From Heterodontus francisci (lineage: Eukaryota): 64,000 nucleotides of DNA. A program made the translations under genes and the position numbers. The stretch covers positions 61,350,430-61,414,429 of the forward strand of contig NC_090399.1 in assembly GCF_036365525.1 (NCBI RefSeq). The letters are read 5' to 3'. Below the pieces are notes generated by a model. The model was not told the DNA's origin, ran no database searches, and was given only the letters and a program-made list of their open reading frames with translations. Numbering within the stretch: position 1 is the first letter of the stretch; each line of letters starts with the position of its first letter. Below are positions 47,433 through 61,124 of the stretch, piece after piece.

Positions 47433-48240
47433 GGGGCTGAAATTTATAGTCCTGTCACCATAATCGGCGGTGGGCGAAAGCAGGGCGGGCTGCACATTGC
47501 ACAGCCCCCGCGATATTAAGTGCGGTGGCTCATTTAAATAGCCGATTCGGACCGCCCACCACGATGACATGGAGGGGGCGGCTGTCCGTCCCCGGCAACA
47601 GCGTCAGCTACCTTTGTGCAGGCGCTCAGGCCATTTTTAAAGGGCTTCCAACCCTAGATTTCAATTTAAATATTTAAAGAGTGATTGATTTTTAAAAATT
47701 AAATAAATTGATCTTGCCCCTCTCCCACCAACCCCCCCCAATAACCATCGATTAAATTACCAGCCCTCTCCCCCTACAAAACAGTTACCTTGCGCACCTG
47801 ACCTTCCCCCCACAATGTGCATCAACTTTACACTTCACCCCTTCCCCCCCATCCCCTGCACCAATGAGATAACTGTGACCCAACTCCCTCCTCTCCACAC
47901 AGAGAAACACACCTGCTCCGCCCTCTCCACCAGTGTTCCGCCTTTAATCCCTGGACGGGGATCCGAAGGTGTGGGATTGCCGGCCACTGACACAAATATC
48001 ACACCAGGACAGACGGCGGGAGTGTAAAGGGAATTTCTTTGTTTATTTAAATTAATTTATGTATTTAAATTGGGCTCCCGACGCCAAGCGGTGGGAGTGC
48101 CGCCATGAGGCCTCGTCACCGCCGGCAATATCGGGCCGGGCCTTCCCGGCATCATGGTCTGTGGTGAGCCTGTCCCTCAGGCATTTTCCGGACTCCCCAC
48201 ACCACAACCCCTGATGTCAGGGGGTCTGTAAAATTCTCCC
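47433..48240. mobile_element. GC-rich MITE (Harbinger-like)
   Basis: Imperfect TIRs GGGGCTGAAATTTA / TAAAATTCTCCC, with CAG on both sides (47430-47432, 48241-48243). Confidence 0.7.
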
Positions 48241-48569
48241 CAGGGGAACAGAAAGACATGAGGAGTGAAGAGAGAGAGAGAGAGAGAAACAGGGTGTGGG
48301 AAGAATGGAAAAACTAGGGAGGGTGGGGGAACAGTTAGAAATGGGACGGGAAATAGATATGGAGGGGAATAGTGAGACACAGGAGCGGAATAGATAGAGA
48401 GACACAGGAGGGGAATAGATAGAGAGACACAGGAGGGGAAAAGAGAGACACAGGAGGGGAAAAGAGAGACATGGGGAGGGTTCAGAGAGAGACGGTGGGG
48501 GGGGGGGTGTGCGTGGTGGGATAGTGACACGGGAGTTGAGAAAAACCAGGGGAGTTGGGGGAATAGAAA

Positions 48570-49463
48570 CATACATAGAAACATAGAAAATGGGAGCAGG
48601 AGTAGGACATTCGGCCCTTCGAGCCTGCTCCACCATTCATTATGATCATAGCTGATCGCAGTGGTTAGCACCGCAGCCTCACAGCTCCAGCGACCTGGGT
48701 TCAATTCTGGGTACTGCCTGTGTGAAGTTTGCAAGTTCTCCCTGTGTCTGCGTGGGTTTTCTCTGGGTGGTCCGGTTTCCTCCCACAGCCAATAGACTTG
48801 CAGGTTGATAGGTAAATTGGCCATTATAAATTGCCCCTAGTATAGGTAGGTGGTAGGGAAATATAGAGACAGGTGGGGGATGTAGTAGAAATATGTATAG
48901 GATTAGTATAAATGGGTGGTTAATGGTCGGCACAGACTCGGTGGGCCGAAGGGCCTGTTTCAGTGCTGTATCTCTAAATCTAAATCTAAATCCAACTCAG
49001 TAACCTGGTCCCGCTTTCGCCCCATACCCTTTGATCCCTTTAGACCCAAGAGCTATATCTAACTCCTTCTTGAAAACATACAATGTTTTGGCCTCAACTG
49101 CTTTCTGTGGTAGTGAATTCCACAGGCTCACCACTCTCTGGGTGAAGAAAGTTCTCCACATCTCAGTCCTGAAAGGTTCAAGTCCTGTTAGAATTTTATA
49201 CGTTTCTATGAGATTCTCCCTCACTCTTCTGAACTCCAGCGAATATAATCCTTAGCGACTTAATCTTTCCTCATACCTCAGTCCCGCCATCCCAGGAATC
49301 AGTCTGTTAAACCTTCGCTGCACTCCCTCTATAGCAAGAACATCCTTCCTCAGATAAGGAGACCAAAACTGCTCACAATATTTCAGGTGTGGCCTCACCA
49401 AGGCCCTGTATAATTGCAACAAGACATCCCTGCTTCTGTACTCGAATCCTCTCACTATGAAGG
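48570..49463 (-). mobile_element. CR1 3' fragment
   Basis: RGFEYRSRDVLLQLYRALVRPHLKYCEQFWSPYLRKD; tail (tttctatg)n. Confidence 0.92.
48657..48990 (+). mobile_element. HE1-like SINE, slightly 5'-truncated, nested in CR1
   Basis: Reverse complement of the copies at 37243 and 45791; (tctaaa)n tail. Confidence 0.92.
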
Positions 49464-50172
49464 CATGGAGTGTCAAATAGATATGTGGGGGGAATAGAGA
49501 GATACGGGAGGGAGGAATAGAGAGACATGGGGGTAGAATAAAGACAGATGGAGGAATAGAGAGACATGGGAGGGGATATAGAGAGTTACTGGGGTGAAAA
49601 TAGAGCAGCAAAGGGGTGAAATACAGAGACACGGGGGGCATAGAGAGAGAGAGAGACGGATGGGTGTATAGAGAAACATTGTGGGGGAGGCAGTTGAGAG
49701 ACTGGGGTCTAATAGAAAGACACCGTAGTGGAACAGAGAGACTTGGAGGGAATAGAGAGACATGATGGGGTTTGGGGGGTGGGGGCGGGGGCGGGGGCGG
49801 GGGGAGGGGTTGGGGGTTGGGAATAGAGAGACACTGGGGTGGAGTAGAGAGGCACAGAGTGGTGTAGAGAGAGATGTGGGGGAGGAGGCAATTGAGAGAT
49901 GGGGGTCCAATAGGGAGACACCTTGGTGGAAAAGAGAGACTTGGAGGGGAATAGAGAGAGATGGGGGAATAGAGAGACACGGAGAGAGGAATAGAGAGAC
50001 AGGGTGGTGGAATCGACAAATATGGGAGGGGGAAATAGACACAATGGTGGGGAATAGAGAGACACAGTGAGGCTTGAATTTAGGAATATGAGACGGTAAA
50101 TAGATATGAGGAAAATGTAGAGAGAAACAGTGGTGCGGGAATAGAGAGCATTGTGGGAGGGCAAGGTCTCAC

Positions 50173-50433
50173 CACCCGTCTGGTTGGTCCGGTTTAAGGC
50201 GGTCTGAATATTGGTCTGTCCAATGTGCTCCGAACTCCGCAGGATCTGTGTCTGCTGTTCCCAGTACTCAGGGCCCTGACTCTCCGCCATCCACTGCTGC
50301 CGAGAGATTACTTCCTGAAGATTGCTGTCGTAGTAATCAATCGTAGCATCGTCCACATAACTGACGGCCACAAACTCTGGCAGACCAGGAATCGGGGTCA
50401 TTGCCGTGTAGAAATACCGGAGAGAGTGAGATC
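50173..50433 (-). CDS. UAA: MHC class I alpha1 exon
   Basis: ctgtgtttcag|GA TCT CAC...GGT G|gtgaga; 261 bp; GSHSLRYFYTAMTPIPGLPEFVAVSYVDD..YDS..GPEYWEQQTQ..NRTNQTG. Confidence 0.98.
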
Positions 50434-50440
50434 CTGAAAC

Positions 50441-53400
50441 ACAGAAAGACATCAGGCATGAACCCCAAAACACCAACCCAACAGAGAGAATGAGAGAGAG
50501 ACATCAGGGCATGAACCCCAAATCACCAACCCCACAGAGAGAGAGAGAGAGAGAGAGAGAGACATCAGGGCATCAACCCCAAAACATCAACACCACAGAG
50601 AGAGAGAGAGAGACATCAGGGCATGAACCCCAAAACACAAACCCAACAGAGAGAGAGAGAGAGAGAGACATCAGGGCATCAACCCCAAAACACCAACCCC
50701 ACAGAGAGAGAGAGAGAGACATCAGGGCATGAACCCCAAAACATCAACCCCACACAGAGAGAGAGAGAGAGACATCAGGGCATGAACCCCAAAACATCAA
50801 CCCCACAGAGAGAGAAAGAAATCAGGGCATGAACCCCAAATCAACAACCCCACAGAGAGAGAGACATCAGGGCATGAACCCCAAATCATCAACCCCACAG
50901 AGAGAGAGAGAGTGAGACATCAGAGCATGAACCCCAAAACACAAACCCAACAGAGAGAGAGAGAGAGAGAGAGACATCAGGGCATCAACCCCAAAACACC
51001 AACCCCACAGAGAGAGAGAGAGAGACATCAGGGCATGAACCCCAAAACATCAACCCCACACAGAGAGAGAGAGAGAGACATCAGGGCATGAACCCCAAAA
51101 CATCAACCCCACAGAGAGAGAAAGAAATCAGGGCATGAACCCCAAATCAACAACCCCACACAGAGAGAGACATCAGGGCATGAACCCCAAATCATCAACC
51201 CCACAGAGAGAGAGAGAGACATCAGGGCATGAACCCCAAAACATCAACACCACAGAGAGAGAGAGAGAGAGACATCAGGGCATGAACCCCAAAACATCAA
51301 CACCACAGAGAGAGAGAGAGAGAGAGACATCAGGGCATCAACGCTAAAACACCAACCGCACAGAGAGAGACATCAGGGCATGAACCCCAAAACATCAACC
51401 CCACAGAGAGAGAAAGAAATCAGGGCATGAACCCCAAATCAACAACCCCACACAGAGAGAGACATCAGGGCATGAACCCCAAAACATCAACCCCACAGAG
51501 AAAGAAAGAAATCAGGGCATGAACCCCAAATCAACAACCCCACAGAGAGAGAGACATCAGGGCATGAACCCCAAAACATCAACCCCACAGAGAAAGAAAG
51601 AAATCAGGGCATGAACCCCAAATCAACAACCCCACAGAGAGAGAGACATCAGGGCATGAACCCCAAAACATCAACCCCACAGAGAGAGAGAGACATCAGG
51701 GCATGAACCCCAAAACATCAACCTCACAGAGAGAGAGAGACATCAGGGCATGAACCCCAAATCAACAACCCCACAGAGAGAGAGACATCAGGGCATGAAC
51801 CCCAAAACATCAACCCCACAGAGAGAGAAAGACATCAGGGCATGAACCCCAAAACATCAACCCCACAGAGAGAGAGAGAGAAAGACATCAAGGCATGAAC
51901 CCCAAAATACCAACCCCACAGAGAAAGAGAGACATCAGGGCATGAACGCTAAAACACCAACCGCACACAGAGACACATCAGGGCATGAACCCCAAATCAC
52001 CAACCCCACAAAGAGAGAGAGAGAAAGACATCAAGGCATGAACCCCAAAATACCAACCCCACAGAGAAAGAGAGACATCAGGGCATGAACCCCAAAACAT
52101 CAACCCCACAGAGAGAGAGACATCAGGGCATGAACCCCAAAACACCAACCCCACAGAGAGAGATGGACATTAGGGCATTAACCCCAAAACATCAACCCCA
52201 CAGAGAGAGAGAGACATCAGGGCATGAACCCCAAAACATCAACCCCACAGAGAGAGAGACATCAGGGCATGAACCCCAAAACATCAACCCCACAGAGAGA
52301 GAGACATCAGGGCATGAACCCCAAAACATCAACCCCACAGAGAGAGAGACATCAGGGCATGAACCCCAAAACACCAACCCCACAGAGAGAGAGAGAGACA
52401 TCAGGGCATGAACCCCAAAACACCAACCCCACAGAGAGAGAGAGAGAGACATCAGGGCATGAACCCCAAAACATCAACACCACAGAGAGAGAGAGAGAGA
52501 CATCAGGGCATCAACGCTAAAACACCAACCGCACAGAGAGAGACATCAGGGCATGAACCCCAAAACATCAACCCCACAGAGAGAGAGAGACATCAGGGCA
52601 TGAACCCCAAATCAACAACCCCACAGAGAGAGAGACATCAGGGCATGAACCCCAAAACATCAACCCCACAGAGAGAGAGAGACATCAGGGCATGAACCCC
52701 AAAACATCAACCTCACAGAGAGAGAGAGACATCAGGGCATGAACCCCAAATCAACAACCCCACAGAGAGAGAGACATCAGGGCATGAACCCCAAAACATC
52801 AACCCCACAGAGAGAGAAAGACATCAGGGCATGAACCCCAAAACATCAACCCCACAGAGAGAGAGAGAGAAAGACATCAAGGCATGAACCCCAAAATACC
52901 AACCCCACAGAGAAAGAGAGACATCAGGGCATGAACGCTAAAACACCAACCGCACACAGAGACACATCAGGGCATGAACCCCAAATCACCAACCCCACAA
53001 AGAGAGAGAGAGAAAGACATCAAGGCATGAACCCCAAAATACCAACCCCACAGAGAAAGAGAGACATCAGGGCATGAACCCCAAAACATCAACCCCACAG
53101 AGAGAGAGACATCAGGGCATGAACCCCAAAACACCAACCCCACAGAGAGAGATGGACATTAGGGCATGAACCCCAAAACATCAACCCCACAGAGAGAGAG
53201 AGACATCAGGGCATGAACCCCAAAACATCAACCCCACAGAGAGAGAGACATCAGGGCATGAACCCCAAAACATCAACCCCACAGAGAGAGAGACATCAGG
53301 GCATGAACCCCAAAACATCAACCCCACAGAGAGAGAGACATCAGGGCATGAACCCCAAAACACCAACCCCACAGAGAGAGAGAGAGACATCAGGGCATGA

Positions 53401-56400
53401 ACCCCAAAACATCAACCCCACAGAGAGAGAGAGACATCAGGGCATGAACCCCAAAACATCAACCCCACAGAGAGAGAGAGAGAGACATCAGGGCATGAAC
53501 CCCAAAACACCAACCCCAGAGAGAGAGAGAGAGACATCAGGGCATGAACCCCAAAACATCAACCCCACAGAGAGAGAGAGAGAGACATCAGGGCATGAAC
53601 CCCAAAACACCAACCCCAGAGAGAGAAAGAGAGACATCAGGGCATGAACCCCAAAACATCAACCCCACAGAGAGAGAGAGACATCAGGGCATGAACCCCA
53701 AAACACCAACCCCAGAGAGAGAGAGAGAGACATCAGGGCATGAACCCCAAAACATCAACCCCACAGAGAGAGAGAGAGAGACATCAGGGCATGAACCCCA
53801 AAACACCAACCCCAGAGAGAGAAAGAGAGACATCAGGGCATGAACCCCAAAACACCAACCCCACAGAGAGAGAGAGAGACATCAGGGCATGAACCCCAAA
53901 ACATCAACCCCACAGAGAGAGAGAGACATCAGGGCACGAACCCCAAAACATCAACCTCACAGAGAGAGAGAGAGAGACATCAGGGCACGAACCCCAAAAC
54001 ATCAACACCACAGAGAGAGAGAGAGAGACATCAGGGCATCAACCCCAAAACATCAACACCACAGAGAGAGACATCAGGGCATGAACCCCAAATCAACAGC
54101 CCCACAGAGAGAGAGACATCAGGGCATGAACCCCAAAACATCAACCCCACAGAGAGAGAGAGAGAGACATCAGGGCATGAACCCCAAAACACCAACCCCA
54201 CAGAGAGAGAGAGAGACATCAGGGCATGAACCCCAAAACACCAACCCCACAGAGAGAGAGAGAGACATCAGGGCATGAACCCCAAAACATCAACCCCACA
54301 GAGAGAGAGACATCAGGGCATGAACCCCAAAACACCAACCCCACAGAGAGAGATGGACATTAGGGCATGAACCCCAAAACATCAACCCCACAGAGAGAGA
54401 GAGACATCAGGGCATGAACCCCAAAACATCAACCCCACAGAGAGAGAGACATCAGGGCATGAACCCCAAAACATCAACCCCACAGAGAGAGAGACATCAG
54501 GGCATGAACCCCAAAACATCAACCCCACAGAGAGAGAGACATCAGGGCATGAACCCCAAAACACCAACCCCACAGAGAGAGAGAGAGACATCAGGGCATG
54601 AACCCCAAAACACCAACCCCACAGAGAGAGAGAGAGAGAGACATCAGGGCATGAACCCCAAAACATCAACACCACAGAGAGAGAGAGAGAGACATCAGGG
54701 CATCAACGCTAAAACACCAACCGCACAGAGAGAGACATCAGGGCATGAACCCCAAAACATCAACCCCACAGAGAGAGAGAGACATCAGGGCATGAACCCC
54801 AAATCAACAACCCCACAGAGAGAGAGACATCAGGGCATGAACCCCAAAACATCAACCCCACAGAGAGAGAGAGACATCAGGGCATGAACCCCAAAACATC
54901 AACCTCACAGAGAGAGAGAGACATCAGGGCATGAACCCCAAATCAACAACCCCACAGAGAGAGAGACATCAGGGCATGAACCCCAAAACATCAACCCCAC
55001 AGAGAGAGAAAGACATCAGGGCATGAACCCCAAAACATCAACCCCACAGAGAGAGAGAGAGAAAGACATCAAGGCATGAACCCCAAAATACCAACCCCAC
55101 AGAGAAAGAGAGACATCAGGGCATGAACGCTAAAACACCAACCGCACACAGAGACACATCAGGGCATGAACCCCAAATCACCAACCCCACAAAGAGAGAG
55201 AGAGAAAGACATCAAGGCATGAACCCCAAAATACCAACCCCACAGAGAAAGAGAGACATCAGGGCATGAACCCCAAAACATCAACCCCACAGAGAGAGAG
55301 ACATCAGGGCATGAACCCCAAAACACCAACCCCACAGAGAGAGATGGACATTAGGGCATGAACCCCAAAACATCAACCCCACAGAGAGAGAGAGACATCA
55401 GGGCATGAACCCCAAAACATCAACCCCACAGAGAGAGAGACATCAGGGCATGAACCCCAAAACATCAACCCCACAGAGAGAGAGACATCAGGGCATGAAC
55501 CCCAAAACATCAACCCCACAGAGAGAGAGACATCAGGGCATGAACCCCAAAACACCAACCCCACAGAGAGAGAGAGAGACATCAGGGCATGAACCCCAAA
55601 ACATCAACCCCACAGAGAGAGAGAGACATCAGGGCATGAACCCCAAAACATCAACCCCACAGAGAGAGAGAGAGAGACATCAGGGCATGAACCCCAAAAC
55701 ACCAACCCCAGAGAGAGAGAGAGAGACATCAGGGCATGAACCCCAAAACATCAACCCCACAGAGAGAGAGAGAGAGACATCAGGGCATGAACCCCAAAAC
55801 ACCAACCCCAGAGAGAGAAAGAGAGACATCAGGGCATGAACCCCAAAACATCAACCCCACAGAGAGAGAGAGACATCAGGGCATGAACCCCAAAACACCA
55901 ACCCCAGAGAGAGAGAGAGAGACATCAGGGCATGAACCCCAAAACATCAACCCCACAGAGAGAGAGAGAGAGACATCAGGGCATGAACCCCAAAACACCA
56001 ACCCCAGAGAGAGAAAGAGAGACATCAGGGCATGAACCCCAAAACACCAACCCCACAGAGAGAGAGAGAGACATCAGGGCATGAACCCCAAAACATCAAC
56101 CCCACAGAGAGAGAGAGACATCAGGGCACGAACCCCAAAACATCAACCTCACAGAGAGAGAGAGAGAGACATCAGGGCACGAACCCCAAAACATCAACAC
56201 CACAGAGAGAGAGAGAGAGACATCAGGGCATCAACCCCAAAACATCAACACCACAGAGAGAGACATCAGGGCATGAACCCCAAATCAACAGCCCCACAGA
56301 GAGAGAGACATCAGGGCATGAACCCCAAAACATCAACCCCACAGAGAGAGAGAGAGAGACATCAGGGCATGAACCCCAAAACACCAACCCCACAGAGAGA

Positions 56401-59400
56401 GAGAGAGACATCAGGGCATGAACCCCAAAACACCAACCCCACAGAGAGAGAGAGAGACATCAGGGCATGAACCCCAAAACACCAACCCCACAGAGAGAGA
56501 GAGAGACATCAGGGCATGAACCCCAAAACAACAACCCCACAGAGAGAGAGACATCAGGGCATGAACCCCAAAACATCAACCCCAGAGAGAGAGAGATGGA
56601 CATCAGGGCATGAACCCCAAAACATCAACCCCACAGAGAGAGAGAGAGACATCAGGGCATGAACCCCAAAACACCAACCCCAGAGAGAGAAAGAGAGACA
56701 TCAGGGCACGAACCCCAAAACATCAACCCCAGAGAGAGAAAGAGAGACATCAGGGCATGAACCCCAAAACATCAACCCCACAGAGAGAGAGAGAGACATC
56801 AGGGCATGAACCCCAAAACACCAACCCCACAGAGAGAGAGAGAGACATCAGGGCATGAACCCCAAATCAACAGCCCCACAGAGAGAGAGAGATCAGGGCA
56901 TGAACCCCAAAACACCAACCCCACAGAGAGAGAGAGAGACATCAGGGCATGAACCCCAAAACACCAACCCCACAGAGAGAGAGAGAGAGACATCAGGGCA
57001 TGAACCCCAAAACATCAACCCCACAGAGAGAGAGAGAGAGAGAGACATCAGGGCATGAACCCCAAAACACCAACCCCAGAGAGAGAAAGAGAGACATCAG
57101 GGCATGAACCCCAAAACACCAACCCCACAGAGTGAGAGAGACATCAGGGCATGAACCCCAAAACATCAACACCACAGAGAGAGAAAGACATCAGGGCATG
57201 AACCCCAAAACATCAACCCCACAGAGAGAGAGAGAGAAAGACATCAAGGCATGAACCCCAAAATACCAACCCCACAGAGAAAGAGAGACATCAGGGCATG
57301 AACGCTAAAACACCAACCGCACACAGAGACACATCAGGGCATGAACCCCAAATCACCAACCCCACAAAGAGAGAGAGAGAAAGACATCAAGGCATGAACC
57401 CCAAAATACCAACCCCACAGAGAAAGAGAGACATCAGGGCATGAACCCCAAAACATCAACCCCACAGAGAGAGAGACATCAGGGCATGAACCCCAAAACA
57501 CCAACCCCACAGAGAGAGATGGACATTAGGGCATGAACCCCAAAACATCAACCCCACAGAGAGAGAGAGACATCAGGGCATGAACCCCAAAACATCAACC
57601 CCACAGAGAGAGAGACATCAGGGCATGAACCCCAAAACATCAACCCCACAGAGACAGAGACATCAGGGCATGAACCCCAAAACATCAACCCCACAGAGAG
57701 AGAGACATCAGGGCATGAACCCCAAAACACCAACCCCACAGAGAGAGAGAGAGACATCAGGGCATGAACCCCAAAACATCAACCCCACAGAGAGAGAGAG
57801 ACATCAGGGCATGAACCCCAAAACATCAACCCCACAGAGAGAGAGAGAGAGACATCAGGGCATGAACCCCAAAACACCAACCCCAGAGAGAGAGAGAGAG
57901 ACATCAGGGCATGAACCCCAAAACATCAACCCCACAGAGAGAGAGAGAGAGACATCAGGGCATGAACCCCAAAACACCAACCCCAGAGAGAGAAAGAGAG
58001 ACATCAGGGCATGAACCCCAAAACATCAACCCCACAGAGAGAGAGAGAGAGACATCAGGGCATGAACCCCAAAACACCAACCCCAGAGAGAGAGAGAGAG
58101 ACATCAGGGCATGAACCCCAAAACATCAACCCCACAGAGAGAGAGAGAGAGACATCAGGGCATGAACCCCAAAACACCAACCCCAGAGAGAGAAAGAGAG
58201 ACATCAGGGCATGAACCCCAAAACACCAACCCCACAGAGAGAGAGAGAGACATCAGGGCATGAACCCCAAAACATCAACCCCACAGAGAGAGAGAGACAT
58301 CAGGGCACGAACCCCAAAACATCAACCTCACAGAGAGAGAGAGAGAGACATCAGGGCACGAACCCCAAAACATCAACACCACAGAGAGAGAGAGAGAGAC
58401 ATCAGGGCATCAACCCCAAAACATCAACACCACAGAGAGAGACATCAGGGCATGAACCCCAAATCAACAGCCCCACAGAGAGAGAGACATCAGGGCATGA
58501 ACCCCAAAACATCAACCCCACAGAGAGAGAGAGAGAGACATCAGGGCATGAACCCCAAAACACCAACCCCACAGAGAGAGAGAGAGACATCAGGGCATGA
58601 ACCCCAAAACACCAACCCCACAGAGAGAGAGAGAGACATCAGGGCATGAACCCCAAAACACCAACCCCACAGAGAGAGAGAGAGACATCAGGGCATGAAC
58701 CCCAAAACAACAACCCCACAGAGAGAGAGACATCAGGGCATGAACCCCAAAACATCAACCCCAGAGAGAGAGAGATGGACATCAGGGCATGAACCCCAAA
58801 ACATCAACCCCACAGAGAGAGAGAGAGACATCAGGGCATGAACCCCAAAACACCAACCCCAGAGAGAGAAAGAGAGACATCAGGGCACGAACCCCAAAAC
58901 ATCAACCCCAGAGAGAGAAAGAGAGACATCAGGGCATGAACCCCAAAACATCAACCCCACAGAGAGAGAGAGAGACATCAGGGCATGAACCCCAAAACAC
59001 CAACCCCACAGAGAGAGAGAGAGACATCAGGGCATGAACCCCAAATCAACAGCCCCACAGAGAGAGAGAGATCAGGGCATGAACCCCAAAACACCAACCC
59101 CACAGAGAGAGAGAGAGACATCAGGGCATGAACCCCAAAACACCAACCCCACAGAGAGAGAGAGAGAGACATCAGGGCATGAACCCCAAAACATCAACCC
59201 CACAGAGAGAGAGAGAGAGAGAGACATCAGGGCATGAACCCCAAAACACCAACCCCAGAGAGAGAAAGAGAGACATCAGGGCATGAACCCCAAAACACCA
59301 ACCCCACAGAGAGAGAGAGACATCAGGGCATGAACCCCAAAACATCAACACCACAGAGAGAGAGAGAGAGACATCAGGGCATGAACCCCAAAACATCAAC

Positions 59401-60900
59401 CCCACAGAGAGAGAGAGAGAGACATCAGGGCATGAACCCCAAAACACCAACCCCACAGAGAGAGAGAGAGAGACATCAGGGCATGAACCCCAAAACATCA
59501 ACACCACAGAGAGAGAGAGAGAGACATCAGGGCATGAACCCCAAAACACCAACCCCACAGAGAGAGAGAGAGACATCAGGGCATGAACCCCAAATCAACA
59601 GCCCCACAGAGAGAGAGAGATCAGGGCATGAACCCCAAAACACCAACCCCACAGAGAGAGAGAGAGACATCAGGGCATGAACCCCAAAACACCAACCCCA
59701 CAGAGAGAGAGAGAGAGACATCAGGGCATGAACCCCAAAACATCAACCCCACAGAGAGAGAGAGAGAGACATCAGGGCATGAACCCCAAAACACCAACCC
59801 CAGAGAGAGAAAGAGAGACATCAGGGCATGAACCCCAAAACACCAACCCCACAGAGAGAGAGAGACATCAGGGCATGAACCCCAAAACATCAACACCACA
59901 GAGAGAGAGAGAGAGACATCAGGGCATGAACCCCAAAACATCAACACCACAGAGAGAGAGAGAGAGACATCAGGGCATGAACCCCAAAACACCAACCCCA
60001 CAGAGAGAGAGAGAGAGACATCAGGGCATGAACCCCAAAACATCAACACCACAGAGAGAGAGAGAGAGACATCAGGGCATGAACCCCAAAACACCAACCC
60101 CACAGAGAGAGAGAGAGAGACATCAGGGCATGAACCCCAAAACATCAACACCACAGAGAGAGAGAGACATCAGGGCATCAACGCTAAAACACCAACCGCA
60201 CAGAGAGAGACATCAGGGCATGAACCCCAAAACATCAACCCCACAGAGAGAGAGAGACATCAGGGCATGAACCCCAAAACACCAACCCCACAGAGAGAGA
60301 GAGAGACATCAGGGCATGAACCCCAAAACACCAACCCCACAGAGAGAGAGAGAGACATCAGGGCATGAACCCCAAATCAACAGCCCCACAGAGAGAGAGA
60401 CATCAGGGCATGAACCCCAAAACACCAACCCCACAGAGAGAGAGAGAGACATCAGGGCATGAACCCCAAAACACCAACCCCACAGAGAGAGAGAGAGAGT
60501 AATCAGGGCACGAACCCCAAAACATCAACCCCACAGAGAGAGAGAGAGAGACATCAGGGCATGAACCCCAAAACACCAACCCCACAGAGAGAGAGAGAGA
60601 GAGAGACATCAGGGCACGAACCCCAAAACATCAACCCCACAGAGAGAGAGAGAGAGAGACATCAGGGCATGAACCCCCAAACATCAACCCCACAGAGAGA
60701 GAGAGACATCAGGGCATGAACCCCAAAACACCAACCCCACAGAGAGAGAGAGAGAGACATCAGGGCATGAACCCCAAAACACCAACCCCACAGAGAGAGA
60801 GAGAGAGACATCAGGGCATGAACCTCAAAACACCAACCCCACAGAGAGAGAGAGAGAGAGAGAGACATCAGGGCATGAACCCCAAAACATCAAGGCCACA
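50441..60900. repeat. Minisatellite, ~43-57-bp unit with variable (GA)n, about 210 copies, in MHC intron 1
   Basis: ACATCAGGGCATGAACCCCAAAACA(T/C)CAACCCCAC(AG)n. Degenerate copies continue to about 61090. Confidence 0.98.
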
Positions 60901-61124
60901 GTGAGGGACAGAGGGACATCAGGAGATGAACCCCAAATCCTGAACTGCGCGCACACACAGACACCCCATCTCCCACAGATATCAGAGCATAAAGCCTAAA
61001 ACAGCAACGCCATACATATATAGAGAGAGACATCAGGGCAAGAAGCCCAAACACAAAACCCACAGTGACAGTATATGAACCCAAAGATGCATCCAAGCAA
61101 CACAAGATAGAGCCCATATGAATA

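Larger units (their letters stand above)
48245..50160. repeat. Degenerate purine-rich repeat (GGGGAATAGAGAGACAC-like), interrupted by CR1/SINE
   Basis: Motif recurs at 48245-48570 and 49470-50160; it is the source of the Pro/Ser/Leu-rich ORFs. Confidence 0.8.
27680..50433 (-). other. UAA: MHC class I heavy-chain gene, UAA (classical)-type, 5'-incomplete in this window (leader exon upstream of 64000)
   Basis: Six in-frame phase-1 exons give a 339-aa mature chain with alpha1, alpha2, C1-set alpha3, TM and cytoplasmic tail. Y7, Y59, R84, Y123, T143, K146, W147, Y159, W167 and Y171 (HLA numbering) are all present. The lineage name is inferred from resemblance to shark UAA. Confidence 0.93.

Noticed and set aside
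49709-50476. 255-aa ORF as a single-exon protein
   Set aside because: Only 50433-50173 is the alpha1 exon; the rest is read-through into intronic low-complexity DNA.
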